Positions 1 to 9,610 of a DNA stretch of 64,000 nt are shown here, piece by piece. The DNA is from an archaeon (GTDB taxonomy: Archaea; Iainarchaeota; Iainarchaeia; Iainarchaeales; JAAZKV01): positions 1,986 through 65,985 of the forward strand of contig DAOQRN010000002.1 in assembly GCA_035355675.1 (NCBI GenBank), in the 5' to 3' direction. Position 1 is the first letter of the stretch, and each line of letters starts with the position of its first letter. The translations under genes and the position numbers were made by a program. The notes beneath the pieces are model-generated. The model had not been told where the DNA came from and did no database searches. It saw only the letters and a list, made by a program, of their open reading frames with translations.

Positions 1-124
1 TAATTTCGTTTGTTAATTCATCAGGGGTTGCTTCGTTGTAATTCGTTTTTTCACTTTCAGTGCAACCAAAAAAAAGCAGGGCACTTAAAATGACTATTCC
101 AATTATTGCTATTTTTGTTTTCAT

Positions 125-1063
125 TTATTCACCCTTTTTTCCAACTTGGTTAGATATTTCTTGAATTCTTTCTGAATTTTGTCCTAATTTATCAGATAAC
201 CCTTGTATTCTTTCTGCTCTTTTTTGGTATCCATTAGCATTTAAGTCGCTTGCCCTATTTTCTAACCAGTTACTTAGTCTTTCTATTCTTTGTGATTCCA
301 TTTGAAGAAATTTTTGAACCCCATTATTTTTTGCTTGTTGAATTAGTGCTTTTTCAGAAATAACTCTTTTATTTGTTTTTTCTTTAATTTCTGCATTAAC
401 TCTTTTTCTTTCTTGTATATTCATATCTATAAATTCTTGATGAATTCTATCTCTTACTTGTTGTTTTGTCATATTTCCGTCAATTATTCCTTGGATGAAT
501 TCTTCATCATTCACTCCAAGAATCTCTAACATGGTTTGTGTTCTTTCAGCGTTGTGTTGTCTTATTGCATTTATTGTTTTTTCTTTAATTGAGTTTAATT
601 CATTTAATTCTAATTCTTTTACTTCTTCATGAATTGTTTGTATATCTTCACTTGTTAGTATTTCTCTTGTTTGTTCTCTAAATTCTTGTGTTAGAGTTAT
701 TGCTTCTTTTTTTATTGCAACATAATCAGTTACAATTGTGTTAGCATCTTTTCCTTCAAACACATACTCTTTTACTTCTACAAGTAGTGCTTCAAGTTCG
801 TTAAGAGTGTTTTCGGATTTGTTTAAATCAAACTCTGGATGATTTTCTGTTATCACTTCTAATGTTTTTGCTCCAACTAAAATATTTCTAGTTATACTTT
901 TTTCAAGTTGTAGTAATCTTACTTCTGCTCCGTGCGGAGTAGCAAGTATTCCTACTTCTTCAAGAGTGTTCGCATCAATTATATTTTGATCCTCAGCAAA
1001 TACTCCTGGAAGTATTCCTATTACTAACAATAGTGCTAGTATTTCAAACATTTTTTTTATCAT
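125..1063 (-). CDS. Secreted or cell-surface protein with an N-terminal signal peptide and a long coiled-coil, K/E-rich body; function unknown
   Basis: 312-aa ORF. The hydrophobic N-terminus (MIKKMFEILALLLVIGILPGVFA) looks like a signal peptide and the rest is charged and helical. I recognised no catalytic motif. Confidence 0.5.
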   Translation of the reverse strand: MIKKMFEILALLLVIGILPGVFAEDQNIIDANTLEEVGILATPHGAEVRLLQLEKSITRNILVGAKTLEVITENHPEFDLNKSENTLNELEALLVEVKEYVFEGKDANTIVTDYVAIKKEAITLTQEFREQTREILTSEDIQTIHEEVKELELNELNSIKEKTINAIRQHNAERTQTMLEILGVNDEEFIQGIIDGNMTKQQVRDRIHQEFIDMNIQERKRVNAEIKEKTNKRVISEKALIQQAKNNGVQKFLQMESQRIERLSNWLENRASDLNANGYQKRAERIQGLSDKLGQNSERIQEISNQVGKKGE

Positions 1064-1110
1064 ATTAATTCCTCCGTTTGCTCATTTTTCAAGCATTCTA
1101 AAGTAATTAC

Positions 1111-1141
1111 TTCCGGAACAATTATTATATATTTTCCGGAA
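1111..1141. promoter_or_regulatory. Two identical palindromes, TTCCGGAA-N15-TTCCGGAA, flanking an AT-rich TATA-like spacer; candidate operator and promoter of the 125..1063 gene
   Basis: TTCCGGAA occurs at about 1111-1118 and again at about 1134-1141, with the spacer CAATTATTATATATT between them. The pair sits in the intergenic region between the HTH regulator gene (1175..1504) and the downstream secreted-protein gene. Confidence 0.35.
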
Positions 1142-1174
1142 AAAGGCGGAACAAGTAGTTACAATTTTCAAAAA

Positions 1175-1504
1175 TTAGTCCTTTTGATTTTTTTCTTTTA
1201 TTTTTACAAGCATTGTCATTCCTTTTCTTTCTTTACTAATTATGTCTTTTTTTTCAAGAGAATTAAGGTTTCTTGAAAGTGCTGCTTTTGGGTAATTTAG
1301 TGTTTTTTGTAGTTCGCTTTGAGTAATTTTCCCATCATTTTTTTCTAATAGTTCCATTATTTTTAATTGTCTTTCAGTTAATGCATCTTTGTCATAAGTT
1401 ATTTTATTGTTGTTTTGCTTAGTTGAGTTTTTCTTATTTTTTATAATATAATAAATTCCAAAAATTACAATTATTATTCCAATAATTAAAATAAGTGTGT
1501 CCAT
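1175..1504 (-). CDS. Membrane-anchored winged-helix transcriptional regulator (MarR/ArsR-like HTH fused to an N-terminal TM helix)
   Basis: 109 aa. There is an N-terminal TM segment (LILIIGIIIVIFGIYYII) followed by a helix-turn-helix-like stretch (LTERQLKIMELLEKNDGKITQSELQKTLNYPKAALSRNLNSLEKKDII). Confidence 0.5.
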   Translation of the reverse strand: MDTLILIIGIIIVIFGIYYIIKNKKNSTKQNNNKITYDKDALTERQLKIMELLEKNDGKITQSELQKTLNYPKAALSRNLNSLEKKDIISKERKGMTMLVKIKEKNQKD

Positions 1505-1542
1505 AAAATTAATTCCGGTCTTGTTTCCATTAATTATATAAT

Positions 1543-1911
1543 TTACTTTAACATTAATTGTTTTTCATTCCCAGTTCCAATTATTGTTATTTGTTCATTT
1601 GTTGTTTTTATTCTGTAATTTGAATTGGTTTCTATTTTTTCTATTTCAGTCCCAGTTGGTAATATTATTTCATATACATATTCAGAAAAAGTATCAGTAA
1701 TATTTATTTCAAATATCCATTTGGGTCCATTTTTTGTAGTTAATTCTTGAGTTGTTTTTGTTTCAAGTTGAGGGTGGTTTGTTGTTCCACTAATTATTGT
1801 TTCTCCGTTTTCATTTATTTGAAAAATTATGTCAGCATAATATTCACTAGCATTCGCTTGTGAGATTATTAAAAGAATTATTAAAACTAATAATATTATT
1901 TTATTTTTCAC
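1543..1911 (-). CDS. Small secreted protein, function unknown
   Basis: 122 aa with a signal peptide (MKNKIILLVLIILLIISQANA). No motif recognised. Confidence 0.4.
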   Translation of the reverse strand: MKNKIILLVLIILLIISQANASEYYADIIFQINENGETIISGTTNHPQLETKTTQELTTKNGPKWIFEINITDTFSEYVYEIILPTGTEIEKIETNSNYRIKTTNEQITIIGTGNEKQLMLK

Positions 1912-2030
1912 ATAATATTTTTGTAAGTTTGTAATTAAATAAGTATTTGTTTGGTTTTATTTTTCTGGATTGTATAAGTTTTAAGTTTAGGTTTTTTATT
2001 TTTCTTTTTTTATTTGTTTTTAATTAAAAT

Positions 2031-3395
2031 TTATTTCAGTCTGAATTTTTTCATTGCCTTTTTTCCTTGCATTTGTTTGAACATGTCTCCTAGTCCTTTT
2101 TGTCCAAAGTTTTGTAGTGCTTTTTCGCTTTGCATTCCTTTGAATTTTTTAAACATTTTTTTCATTTGTTTGAATTGTTTTATTAGTTCTCTTACTTCTT
2201 CAACGTTTTTCCCGCTTCCTTTTGCGATTCTTTCTACTCTACTCCTACTCATTAGGTCTGGGTTTATTCTTTCTTGTTCTGTCATCGAGTCTATTATTAT
2301 TTTGAATCCGTCCATTTTTTCTTGTCCTGTTTCCATCATTTCTTTTGGTAGTTTCATTCCTAGTCCTAGCATATCAGCTACTTTATTTAGTGGTCCCATT
2401 TTTTTTGTAGCTTCTAATTGTTGATAGAATATTTTAAAATTTATTTCTCCTCTCATTATTGCTTCAGTGTCTAAGTTTTCCATTTCTGCTTCTTTTGCTT
2501 TTTCTAGTAGTCCTTCTAGGTCTCCATATCCCATTATTCTTGAGAGGTATCTGTTTGCATCAAATGCTTCAAATTCGTTTTGTTTTTCTCCTGTTGAAAT
2601 AAAGTATACGCTTGCCCCTGTTTCGTTGCATGCAACAAGTGCTCCTCCTCCTTTACTTGATCCATCCATTCTTGTAATTATTACTCCGTTCACTCCTACG
2701 GCTTTATGGAATGCTTGTGCTTGTTTTTTTGCGAGGTTTCCAATATCTGCCCCAATTACAAGCCATTTTTCTTCAGCGTTAAGGGCGGTGTCTATTTCTT
2801 GTATTTCACTAACTAGTTCTTCATCAAGTCCGCTTCTTCCTGCAGAGTCACAAATAATTATATCACATTTTTTTTCTAGTTCTTTTATTCCTTCTTTCAC
2901 TACTTTTCCAGCGTTTTGTTCTTTTTTTATTCCAAAAAATTCTGCTCCAGCAAGTTTTGCATTTGTTTCTAGTTGTTCGTATGCAGCAGGTCTAAATGTA
3001 TCAGCAGCAATTACTCCTACTTTGTGTCCTCTTTTTTTATAATAGTGTGCTAGTTTTCCTGCAGCTGTAGTTTTTCCTGACCCAAATAATCCACAAAGAA
3101 GTATTTTTTTTGGTTTTTCTGGAGCACTTTTTCCCCCCAAAATTTCTACAAGCGAATCATAAGTTACTTTAATTATGTATTCTCTTTGTGTTACTCCTTT
3201 TGGTGGCTCTTTGAATGCTCTTTCTTCAATTTTTTTACTAAGTGTTAGTACTGTTGTTACATCAACATTTGAAGCAATTAGTGCTCTTTGCATTTCTTTT
3301 ATAGCTTCTTTAACTACCTCTTTGTCAATTGCACCAGCATTTCCGATTTTGTCCATCGCTTTTCTAAGTGCTTCTCCAAGTCCCATATTTATCAA
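2031..3395 (-). CDS. srp54: Signal recognition particle protein SRP54 (Ffh)
   Basis: The GTPase P-loop GLFGSGKTT and the DTFRPAAYEQL motif are present, and the M-domain is Met/Lys-rich. Confidence 0.95.
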   Translation of the reverse strand: MINMGLGEALRKAMDKIGNAGAIDKEVVKEAIKEMQRALIASNVDVTTVLTLSKKIEERAFKEPPKGVTQREYIIKVTYDSLVEILGGKSAPEKPKKILLCGLFGSGKTTAAGKLAHYYKKRGHKVGVIAADTFRPAAYEQLETNAKLAGAEFFGIKKEQNAGKVVKEGIKELEKKCDIIICDSAGRSGLDEELVSEIQEIDTALNAEEKWLVIGADIGNLAKKQAQAFHKAVGVNGVIITRMDGSSKGGGALVACNETGASVYFISTGEKQNEFEAFDANRYLSRIMGYGDLEGLLEKAKEAEMENLDTEAIMRGEINFKIFYQQLEATKKMGPLNKVADMLGLGMKLPKEMMETGQEKMDGFKIIIDSMTEQERINPDLMSRSRVERIAKGSGKNVEEVRELIKQFKQMKKMFKKFKGMQSEKALQNFGQKGLGDMFKQMQGKKAMKKFRLK

Positions 3396-3491
3396 GTATT
3401 TTTTGTAAGTTAATTGTTTTAAATGATTCTGAATTTGGTTTTTGAGAAGATTTTTAAACTAATAATCCTAAGTATTTACAGGTGATTAAGA

Positions 3492-4067
3492 GTGGATATA
3501 ATTATTTTATTATTAATTGGGTTTGTAGTAATAGTTGTTATTGGAATTTTATTTTTAGTTCTAACATACAATTCTCTTGTTACAGTTTCAAAACAAGTGG
3601 ATAATGCTTGGGCTCAAATTGATGTTCAATTAAAGAGAAGAGCTGACCTTATCCCTAATTTAGTTGAAACAGTTCAAGGTTATGCAAAGTTTGAAAAAAG
3701 TGTTTTAACTGAAGTTACAGAGGCTCGTGCGGCTTTAATGTCTGCAAAAGGTCCAAAAGATGCAGCAAAAGCTGATAACATGTTGACTGGTGCTTTAAAA
3801 TCAATTTTTGCGGTTTCAGAAGCGTATCCAACATTAAAAGCTAATGAGAATTTTAAAGCTCTTCAAGAAGAATTATCAAGTACTGAAAACAAAGTTGCTT
3901 TCGCAAGACAATTCTATAATGATATGGTTATGAAGTGGAATACAATGGTTGTAACTTTCCCTAATGTTGTGATTGCACCAATGTTTGGTTTAAGTAAGCA
4001 AAGAGAGTTCTTTGAAGCAACAGTTGAGGAAAGAAAATCAGTTAAAGTTGATTTTTCAGGAATGTAA
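3492..4067 (+). CDS. lemA: LemA family membrane protein
   Basis: 191 aa with an N-terminal TM helix and the LemA-type core NAWAQIDVQLKRRADLIPNLVETV. Confidence 0.8.
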   Translation: MDIIILLLIGFVVIVVIGILFLVLTYNSLVTVSKQVDNAWAQIDVQLKRRADLIPNLVETVQGYAKFEKSVLTEVTEARAALMSAKGPKDAAKADNMLTGALKSIFAVSEAYPTLKANENFKALQEELSSTENKVAFARQFYNDMVMKWNTMVVTFPNVVIAPMFGLSKQREFFEATVEERKSVKVDFSGM

Positions 4068-4091
4068 ATTAGTTTTGAATTAATATAGTCT

Positions 4092-5069
4092 TTGAGCAAA
4101 AGCATAAGTGTGCTTTTGCTTTTTAATTTTTTTAGTTGTGATAAAATGCCTATTAATTTTTATGAACAAATTTCTTCAAACAAGAAAAAAACTTATCTCC
4201 TTTTTTTAGCATTTTTTCTTTTAGTTGGAATTCTTGCCGCATTAGTGTCTTATGTTCTTGGTGGATTTTCAATTATTGGCGGATTTTTTTTAACAATTTT
4301 TGGGATATTAATAATTTTTTTCGCTTTAATATCATATTATACTTGTGATAGTATTGTTACTTTCATTTCCGGTGCTAAAGAAGCGAATAAAGAAAAGTAC
4401 AAGCAATTAATTAATGTTGTTGAAGAGATGAGTATTGCTTCTGGCCTTCCCCTGCCTAAAGTTTTTGTAATTGAAGATACGGCAATTAATGCTTTTGCAA
4501 CAGGAAGGGACCCTGAACATTCAGTAATTTGTGTGACAACAGGTTGTTTGACTAGATTAAATAGAGAACAACTTCAAGGAGTAATTGCTCATGAATTATC
4601 CCACATAAAAAATTATGATATTAGAACTATGACTATTGCTACAGTTCTTGTTGGGGTTTCAGTTTTGTTATCAGATTTCTTTTTACGAGTTGCTTTTGCT
4701 GGGTTTAGGGGGAATTCTAACTCTAATAATAAAATGGATATTTTTATTTTAATTTTTGGAGTAATCCTTGCTCTTTTAACTCCATTTATTGCTGAATTAA
4801 TTAAATTATCAATTTCTCGTAAGAGAGAATTTTTAGCAGACGCTTCCGCAGTAGAGTTAACTAGAAACCCTGAAGGGTTAGCTAGCGCTCTTGAAGTAAT
4901 TTCAAAAGACACAGAACCTCTTGAAGCCGCAAATAAAGCAACAGCACACCTCTACATTTCTGATCCTCTAAAAAACACTAAAGGAATGTGGTTCGCAAAC
5001 ATGTTTAATACACACCCACCAATTAATGAAAGAATAGCAACACTAAGAGGACAAGTACAATCTAATTAG
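4092..5069 (+). CDS. htpX: M48 zinc metalloprotease HtpX; the ORF begins at a TTG and the real start is likely the ATG near 4146
   Basis: HEXXH zinc-binding motif (HELSHIKNYD) and multiple TM helices, typical of HtpX/M48. The N-terminal 18 residues of the listed ORF are probably not translated. Confidence 0.85.
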   Translation: MSKSISVLLLFNFFSCDKMPINFYEQISSNKKKTYLLFLAFFLLVGILAALVSYVLGGFSIIGGFFLTIFGILIIFFALISYYTCDSIVTFISGAKEANKEKYKQLINVVEEMSIASGLPLPKVFVIEDTAINAFATGRDPEHSVICVTTGCLTRLNREQLQGVIAHELSHIKNYDIRTMTIATVLVGVSVLLSDFFLRVAFAGFRGNSNSNNKMDIFILIFGVILALLTPFIAELIKLSISRKREFLADASAVELTRNPEGLASALEVISKDTEPLEAANKATAHLYISDPLKNTKGMWFANMFNTHPPINERIATLRGQVQSN

Positions 5070-5112
5070 TTTGAATTGTTTTTTTATTTTTTTTTAAATT
5101 AATTTCTTTAAA

Positions 5113-6807
5113 TTAAATTATTCTATTTATTATGTATTCTTCACTGAATTTTTCAAAGTCTTTGTATTCTTGTCCTGTCCCAATATAAAGAATTGGTTTT
5201 TTTAATTTGTATAAAAGGGAGATTGTTGTTCCCCCTTTAGCATCTGTATCTATTTTTGTTAAAATAAATCCATCTATTCCGATTGCTTCGTCAAATTCTT
5301 TTGCTTGATCAAGTAGTCCTTGTCCTGCGTAAGCTTCTCCTACGTATAGTTTTAGATCGGGTTTTGTTACTCTTTCTATTTTTCGTAGTTCTTCCATCAA
5401 GTTTTTGTTTGTTTCTTGTCTTCCTGCTGAATCCATTAGTACTACCTCTATTCCGCTTGCTTCTGCTGCTTTTATTGCATCAAATGCTACTGCTGCAGGG
5501 TCTGCTCCGTATTGGTGTTTTATTACTCGAACTCCAAGTCTTCTTCCGTGTTCTTCTAGTTGGTCAATTGCTGCTGCTCTAAAAGTGTCTCCTGCTGCCC
5601 AAATACTTTTTAGTTTATTTTTTTCAAGCATATAACTTAGTTTTCCTAGACTTGTTGTTTTTCCTGCTCCATTTGGTCCAAGTAGGAGTATTTTGTATGG
5701 TTTTTCTTTTTTGTTTTTAATTTCACTTAATAAATCAATTTTTTCTGTTATCATCATTTCTTTTAGTATTTCTTTTATTTGTTCGTTTAAGAATTCATCA
5801 ATATTTTTTGTGTTAACTTTTTGTCCTAATAATCTTTTCTTGATTTGTTCCACTAGTTCGTGTGCTGCGTCTTGCTCTACATCACTTTCAAGTAAACTTA
5901 GTTCTAGTTCCCATAAAAGATCACTTATTTCACTCTCTTTTATTTCTACTCCTCCAAAAATTAGTCCTGAGAGTTTTCCCCCCACTCCAACTTTTGCTTT
6001 AAGTTCTCGTTTATCTTCGCTTGCACTTTTAATATCAAAATCTTTTAGTGATTCTCTTTTTTCTTCCATTCTTTGTTCTTGTTCACTAATTTCTTCCCCT
6101 ATCTCTTCAACTTCTTCTTCCTCTTCTATGAGTTGTTCTTCAATTTCTTTGATTTCTTTTTTTTCTTCAGGTTTTAGTACAACATTTTCTTTAATTTCTT
6201 CAAGAGTTTCAATTTTTTCTTTTTTAGTTAGAACTTTTTCTTCTTTTATTTCTTTTAAGTGTTCTTTTTGTTTTTCTTCTAATTTTTTTGTTTCTTGAAT
6301 TTCTTTTTCAATTATTTTTTCTTGCGATATAGTTTTTTCTTCTTTTTTTCCAAAAGAAAATATTTTTTGGAGTATTCCTTTCTTTTCTTCTTTTTTAGTT
6401 TCAATTATAGGTTTTTTTTGTATTTCTTTTTCTTTAATAATTATTTTTTTTGTTTCTGGTTCTTTTGTTTGTTCTTTCTCAATTTTTTTTTCAATAATTT
6501 TATATTGTTTCATTTCTTTTGTGTCTTCTTGTTTTATTTCTTCTTCAATTTCCTTTAACAGTTTTTTTTCCATTTCTTGTGCTTGTTCTTCTTTTGTTTT
6601 CTTTTTTTCTTTTAAGTGTTCTTTTTTGCTTTCTAGATTTTTGTGTTCAGTTTTTGAAGTGATTTTTTCTTTTTGCTCTTTTTTTTCTTCGGGCATTTTT
6701 TTTGTTTCTTTATTTTTTTGTGTTGGTTCTTTTTCTTCTTTTTTAGAAATAGTTTTTTTTAATTTTTCACTAAAATTATTTAGTTTTTCTTTTAAGAATC
6801 CAAACAT
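5113..6807 (-). CDS. ftsY: SRP receptor FtsY with an unusually long (about 300 aa) K/E-rich repetitive N-terminal domain
   Basis: The NG domain has P-loop LLLGPNGAGKTTS and DTFRAAAIDQLEEHG. The N-terminal half is a low-complexity run of K/E/I/T repeats. Confidence 0.9.
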   Translation of the reverse strand: MFGFLKEKLNNFSEKLKKTISKKEEKEPTQKNKETKKMPEEKKEQKEKITSKTEHKNLESKKEHLKEKKKTKEEQAQEMEKKLLKEIEEEIKQEDTKEMKQYKIIEKKIEKEQTKEPETKKIIIKEKEIQKKPIIETKKEEKKGILQKIFSFGKKEEKTISQEKIIEKEIQETKKLEEKQKEHLKEIKEEKVLTKKEKIETLEEIKENVVLKPEEKKEIKEIEEQLIEEEEEVEEIGEEISEQEQRMEEKRESLKDFDIKSASEDKRELKAKVGVGGKLSGLIFGGVEIKESEISDLLWELELSLLESDVEQDAAHELVEQIKKRLLGQKVNTKNIDEFLNEQIKEILKEMMITEKIDLLSEIKNKKEKPYKILLLGPNGAGKTTSLGKLSYMLEKNKLKSIWAAGDTFRAAAIDQLEEHGRRLGVRVIKHQYGADPAAVAFDAIKAAEASGIEVVLMDSAGRQETNKNLMEELRKIERVTKPDLKLYVGEAYAGQGLLDQAKEFDEAIGIDGFILTKIDTDAKGGTTISLLYKLKKPILYIGTGQEYKDFEKFSEEYIINRII

Positions 6808-6877
6808 TGTTTCTCACTTATTAAGTAGTGTTGGCTTAGTTTTATTAATTGTTTTTAGTGGTGGATTTTTTTGTGAT

Positions 6878-7315
6878 TTATTGTTTTGTTGCTTTACTAA
6901 AGTTTTTTCTTTTTTCATTTTGTAACTGTTGAATAATACTAACTATTTGTGATAATCTTTGTTCCACTTTAATTAAATCGTTGTTAACTTTTTGTGCTTG
7001 TTTTTCTAAATCTTCTTTTCTTTTTTCAAGCATTTTTATTGTTTCCTCAATATTTTCATCAATGTATCCGTCTTCTGCAAAACTTTTTTTACAAATGTTT
7101 GTTTTTATTTCACTTTCAATGAATATTCCTGCCCCTAATTTTACTAAATAGGTTCCTTTTTGTTTTTTTATTTCTTTTAGTGCTTCCATTGCCCCATTTG
7201 TTTCTTTTATCACTTCTGTTATTTTTATTAGTGTTTGTTGTCTGTTGTTTAGTTGTTTTTCTTCTTGTTGAGCCATTTGTATTAATTGTTGTTCAGTTAA
7301 GTGGTGTTCAGTCAC
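6878..7315 (-). CDS. pfdA: Prefoldin alpha subunit
   Basis: 145-aa coiled-coil protein with a central beta-hairpin region (TYLVKLGAGIFIESEI). It sits in the conserved archaeal position between LX and ftsY and overlaps the upstream gene by 4 nt. Confidence 0.7.
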   Translation of the reverse strand: MTEHHLTEQQLIQMAQQEEKQLNNRQQTLIKITEVIKETNGAMEALKEIKKQKGTYLVKLGAGIFIESEIKTNICKKSFAEDGYIDENIEETIKMLEKRKEDLEKQAQKVNNDLIKVEQRLSQIVSIIQQLQNEKRKNFSKATKQ

Positions 7316-7500
7316 TTAATCACCTTTATTTCATCAACACTCATATGTGCTCTTAGTATTCTTTGTTTTCCCCCAATTAGAGAGTATGCTTTTTCTTTTG
7401 CTAGTTTTTCACTTGTTGCTTCTATTGTTTTTGTATATTTTTCCTTAACTCTACTTTTAGTATATGTTCCTTTTACTTCATACATAGTCATTTTTCTCAC
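7312..7500 (-). CDS. rplX: 50S ribosomal protein LX (L18Ae)
   Basis: 62 aa, with MYEVKGTYTK resembling the LX N-terminus (MKVFEVKG...). It occupies the conserved position between aIF6 and prefoldin alpha. Confidence 0.6.
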   Translation of the reverse strand: MRKMTMYEVKGTYTKSRVKEKYTKTIEATSEKLAKEKAYSLIGGKQRILRAHMSVDEIKVIK

Positions 7501-7534
7501 CTTTTTCTAAAATTAATTGTGGTTGGTTCTTTAT

Positions 7535-8194
7535 TTATTCTTTTTGTTCTAGTGCTTCATCAATTCTGTTTAGTTCAAACCCTGTGGTGTTTTCTCCTGC
7601 AACAAATCCTTTGGTGTTTGCAAGAATAGAATTTCTTATTAAATTGTCCCCAGTATTTGCGGTTGATGATCCGCCTTTAATTTTTAAAGTTTCTTCAATT
7701 TGAGTTATTTCTTCTTCTGTTGCATTTGGACTTACTACAAATCCTTTGTTTGTTAAAAGTATTGCTGATCCTATTGCATCAGTTCTTGCTAGATTCATTT
7801 GAGTTACTTTTAGATTTTCTTTTTCTAGTTCTTCCACAATATTTTTTTGAGCAGTTTTTGAAATTATTGCACCATTATCGTTTAGTTCAATTAGGTTCCC
7901 TATTGCTTGTTCTGTTTTTATTATTTTTACTTTTATTTCTTTTTCTATTTTTTCTATTTCTTTTTGGCTAGCAAAATTTGGTATTACACAGAATTTGTTA
8001 TTCATTTTTGCAAAAACTGATAATAATTCACTACTATACAGGTTTGTTGTTTCTACTTTTACATCAAGTGTTTTTTCAATTAGTTTTTTTGCTTTTTCTT
8101 CAATTCTTTCAGGTAAAAAGCATAAATTATCATTTGTTATTCCAAATAACCCTATGTAGTTTGACCCTAAAACTTTTGTTTTTGCTGCATCCAT
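7535..8194 (-). CDS. eif6: Translation initiation factor 6 (aIF6/eIF6)
   Basis: 219 aa. Pentein-fold repeats (SNYIGLFGITNDNLCFLP ...) match the aIF6 family. Confidence 0.9.
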   Translation of the reverse strand: MDAAKTKVLGSNYIGLFGITNDNLCFLPERIEEKAKKLIEKTLDVKVETTNLYSSELLSVFAKMNNKFCVIPNFASQKEIEKIEKEIKVKIIKTEQAIGNLIELNDNGAIISKTAQKNIVEELEKENLKVTQMNLARTDAIGSAILLTNKGFVVSPNATEEEITQIEETLKIKGGSSTANTGDNLIRNSILANTKGFVAGENTTGFELNRIDEALEQKE

Positions 8195-8261
8195 ATTTTT
8201 TCACTTATAAAAATAGTTTCTCTCTCAAAAGAATTATCTTTTGAGGGAGAGTTAAATCAAA

Positions 8262-8654
8262 TTATTTCTTTTCTTCTGTGTTTTGTTTTTTTTCTTCATT
8301 TTTTGGTTTTTCTGTTTCTTTTTTTGCTTCTTCCTTTGTTGCTTTGTTTTCAGTTTTTGTTTCTTTTTTGTTTTCCACTTTCTTTTCAACTATTTTTTCA
8401 TCAGGTAAGTAAACTCTTGCTGTATCTTTTTCTGCAATTATTTTTACTGTAATTTTTCTTGGGCAATTGAACAATCCTCTTCCCCATAATGTTTCATTTA
8501 CCCCATTACTGATTTTTATTTTTTCTATTCTTGTTTCTTTTGTTATTGCTTGTTTTAGAAAGTGTTGTGCTGATTTTGCTCTTTTTGTTTTTGGTTTACT
8601 AAATGTTTTTATTAAATTTACCGTAATTATTTTTTCTTTAAATTCTTTAGCCAT
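8262..8654 (-). CDS. rpl31e: 50S ribosomal protein L31e with a K/E-rich C-terminal extension
   Basis: The core VNLIKTFSKPKTKRAKSAQHFLKQAI...ISNGVNETLW matches L31e. The C-terminal roughly 40 aa is a lysine/glutamate tail. Confidence 0.85.
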   Translation of the reverse strand: MAKEFKEKIITVNLIKTFSKPKTKRAKSAQHFLKQAITKETRIEKIKISNGVNETLWGRGLFNCPRKITVKIIAEKDTARVYLPDEKIVEKKVENKKETKTENKATKEEAKKETEKPKNEEKKQNTEEKK

Positions 8655-8667
8655 TTTTCTTCAACCC

Positions 8668-8910
8668 CTATTTCTTTTTCCACTTTCCGTGGCTTCCTTT
8701 TTTTATTGTAACTTTTGCTTGTTTTCTTTCGTGTTTGTTAAACCTTGTTTTGATATCAATGTTTTTCCAAGTTCTTTTTTGTCTTGAATTCCAGATTCTT
8801 TTCCCCGCTTTTTGCATTACCCATACTGGTGCGTTAGTTAATCCTGAACCTACTTTTTTTCGTTCACTTATTTGAAATTCCTTGAATTCTTTGTCTTTGT
8901 GTTTTGCCAT
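8668..8910 (-). CDS. rpl39e: 50S ribosomal protein L39e with a C-terminal basic extension
   Basis: APVWVMQKAGKRIWNSRQKRTWKNIDIK matches the L39e core (...[28 protein letters not shown]). Confidence 0.75.
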   Translation of the reverse strand: MAKHKDKEFKEFQISERKKVGSGLTNAPVWVMQKAGKRIWNSRQKRTWKNIDIKTRFNKHERKQAKVTIKKGSHGKWKKK

Positions 8911-9473
8911 TATTGATCACCTTCTTTCTTTTGAGGTTTTTTTGATTGTTCTTTTTTATTATCTTTTTTTTGTTCTTGTCCTTTTAGTGCATCATGCACT
9001 TCTTTTTTCTTTTTATCATCAATGTCATGTTTTTTCTCTTTTTTATTATATTTTCCTGCTTCAATATTTTTCACAGCAAGTTTACTTGATTCGTTTAATA
9101 ATTTGAATCCTTTTACAGTAATTTTTCTTCCTTTTGGTTTTGCTTTTTCTAAGTATCCTGCTTTTTCTAGTGCTTGTACTGCAGATCTAATAACTTTTCC
9201 ACTTGCTTTGTAGTGGTGTTCTCTTTTTACTCCTCTATTTTTTCTTCCACCATAATAAGATCTTAATTCTTCAGTTCCAATTGTCCCTAATTTATATGCT
9301 CTGTAAAGTATACTTCCCATTCTAACATAAAACCAGTCTTCTCTTTGTGGTGCACGTTCTGTGTGAACCCCGGTTTTTACGTATGGAACAAATTCTGGTT
9401 GTTGTATTTCTGTTTTTAGTTTTTCTGCAACTTCTTCAATCGTGTAGTTTGCAGGTACATCATATATTCCCAT
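8910..9473 (-). CDS. rps19e: 30S ribosomal protein S19e with a K/E-rich C-terminal extension
   Basis: MGIYDVPANYTIEEVAEKLK...YVRMGSILYRAY...GGRKNRGV is typical of S19e, followed by a 50-aa K/E/D tail. The gene overlaps L39e by 1 nt. Confidence 0.85.
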   Translation of the reverse strand: MGIYDVPANYTIEEVAEKLKTEIQQPEFVPYVKTGVHTERAPQREDWFYVRMGSILYRAYKLGTIGTEELRSYYGGRKNRGVKREHHYKASGKVIRSAVQALEKAGYLEKAKPKGRKITVKGFKLLNESSKLAVKNIEAGKYNKKEKKHDIDDKKKKEVHDALKGQEQKKDNKKEQSKKPQKKEGDQ

Positions 9474-9610
9474 TTTTTTTCACCTTTTGACATTTCAGTC
9501 ATAATTTGCTTAATCCCAAATTTTTGGGAAAGCTAACAGACCTAATACAAAAATACCCTAAAAAAAGGTTTATAAATGTGGGGTTTTTAACAAAATCTTA
9601 GTAATTTAAT

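Noticed and set aside
2014-3408. Plus-strand ORFs 2014..2424, 2467..3042 and 3175..3408
   Set aside because: They lie entirely inside and antisense to srp54, a confidently identified conserved gene. Their composition is Ser/Phe-rich junk.
5283-6925. Five plus-strand ORFs (5283..5582, 5405..5635, 5693..6298, 6295..6558, 6521..6925) encoding poly-L/F/S proteins
   Set aside because: They are the antisense reading frames of the K/E-rich repeat region of ftsY. They are pure low-complexity with no start context, so they are artefacts.
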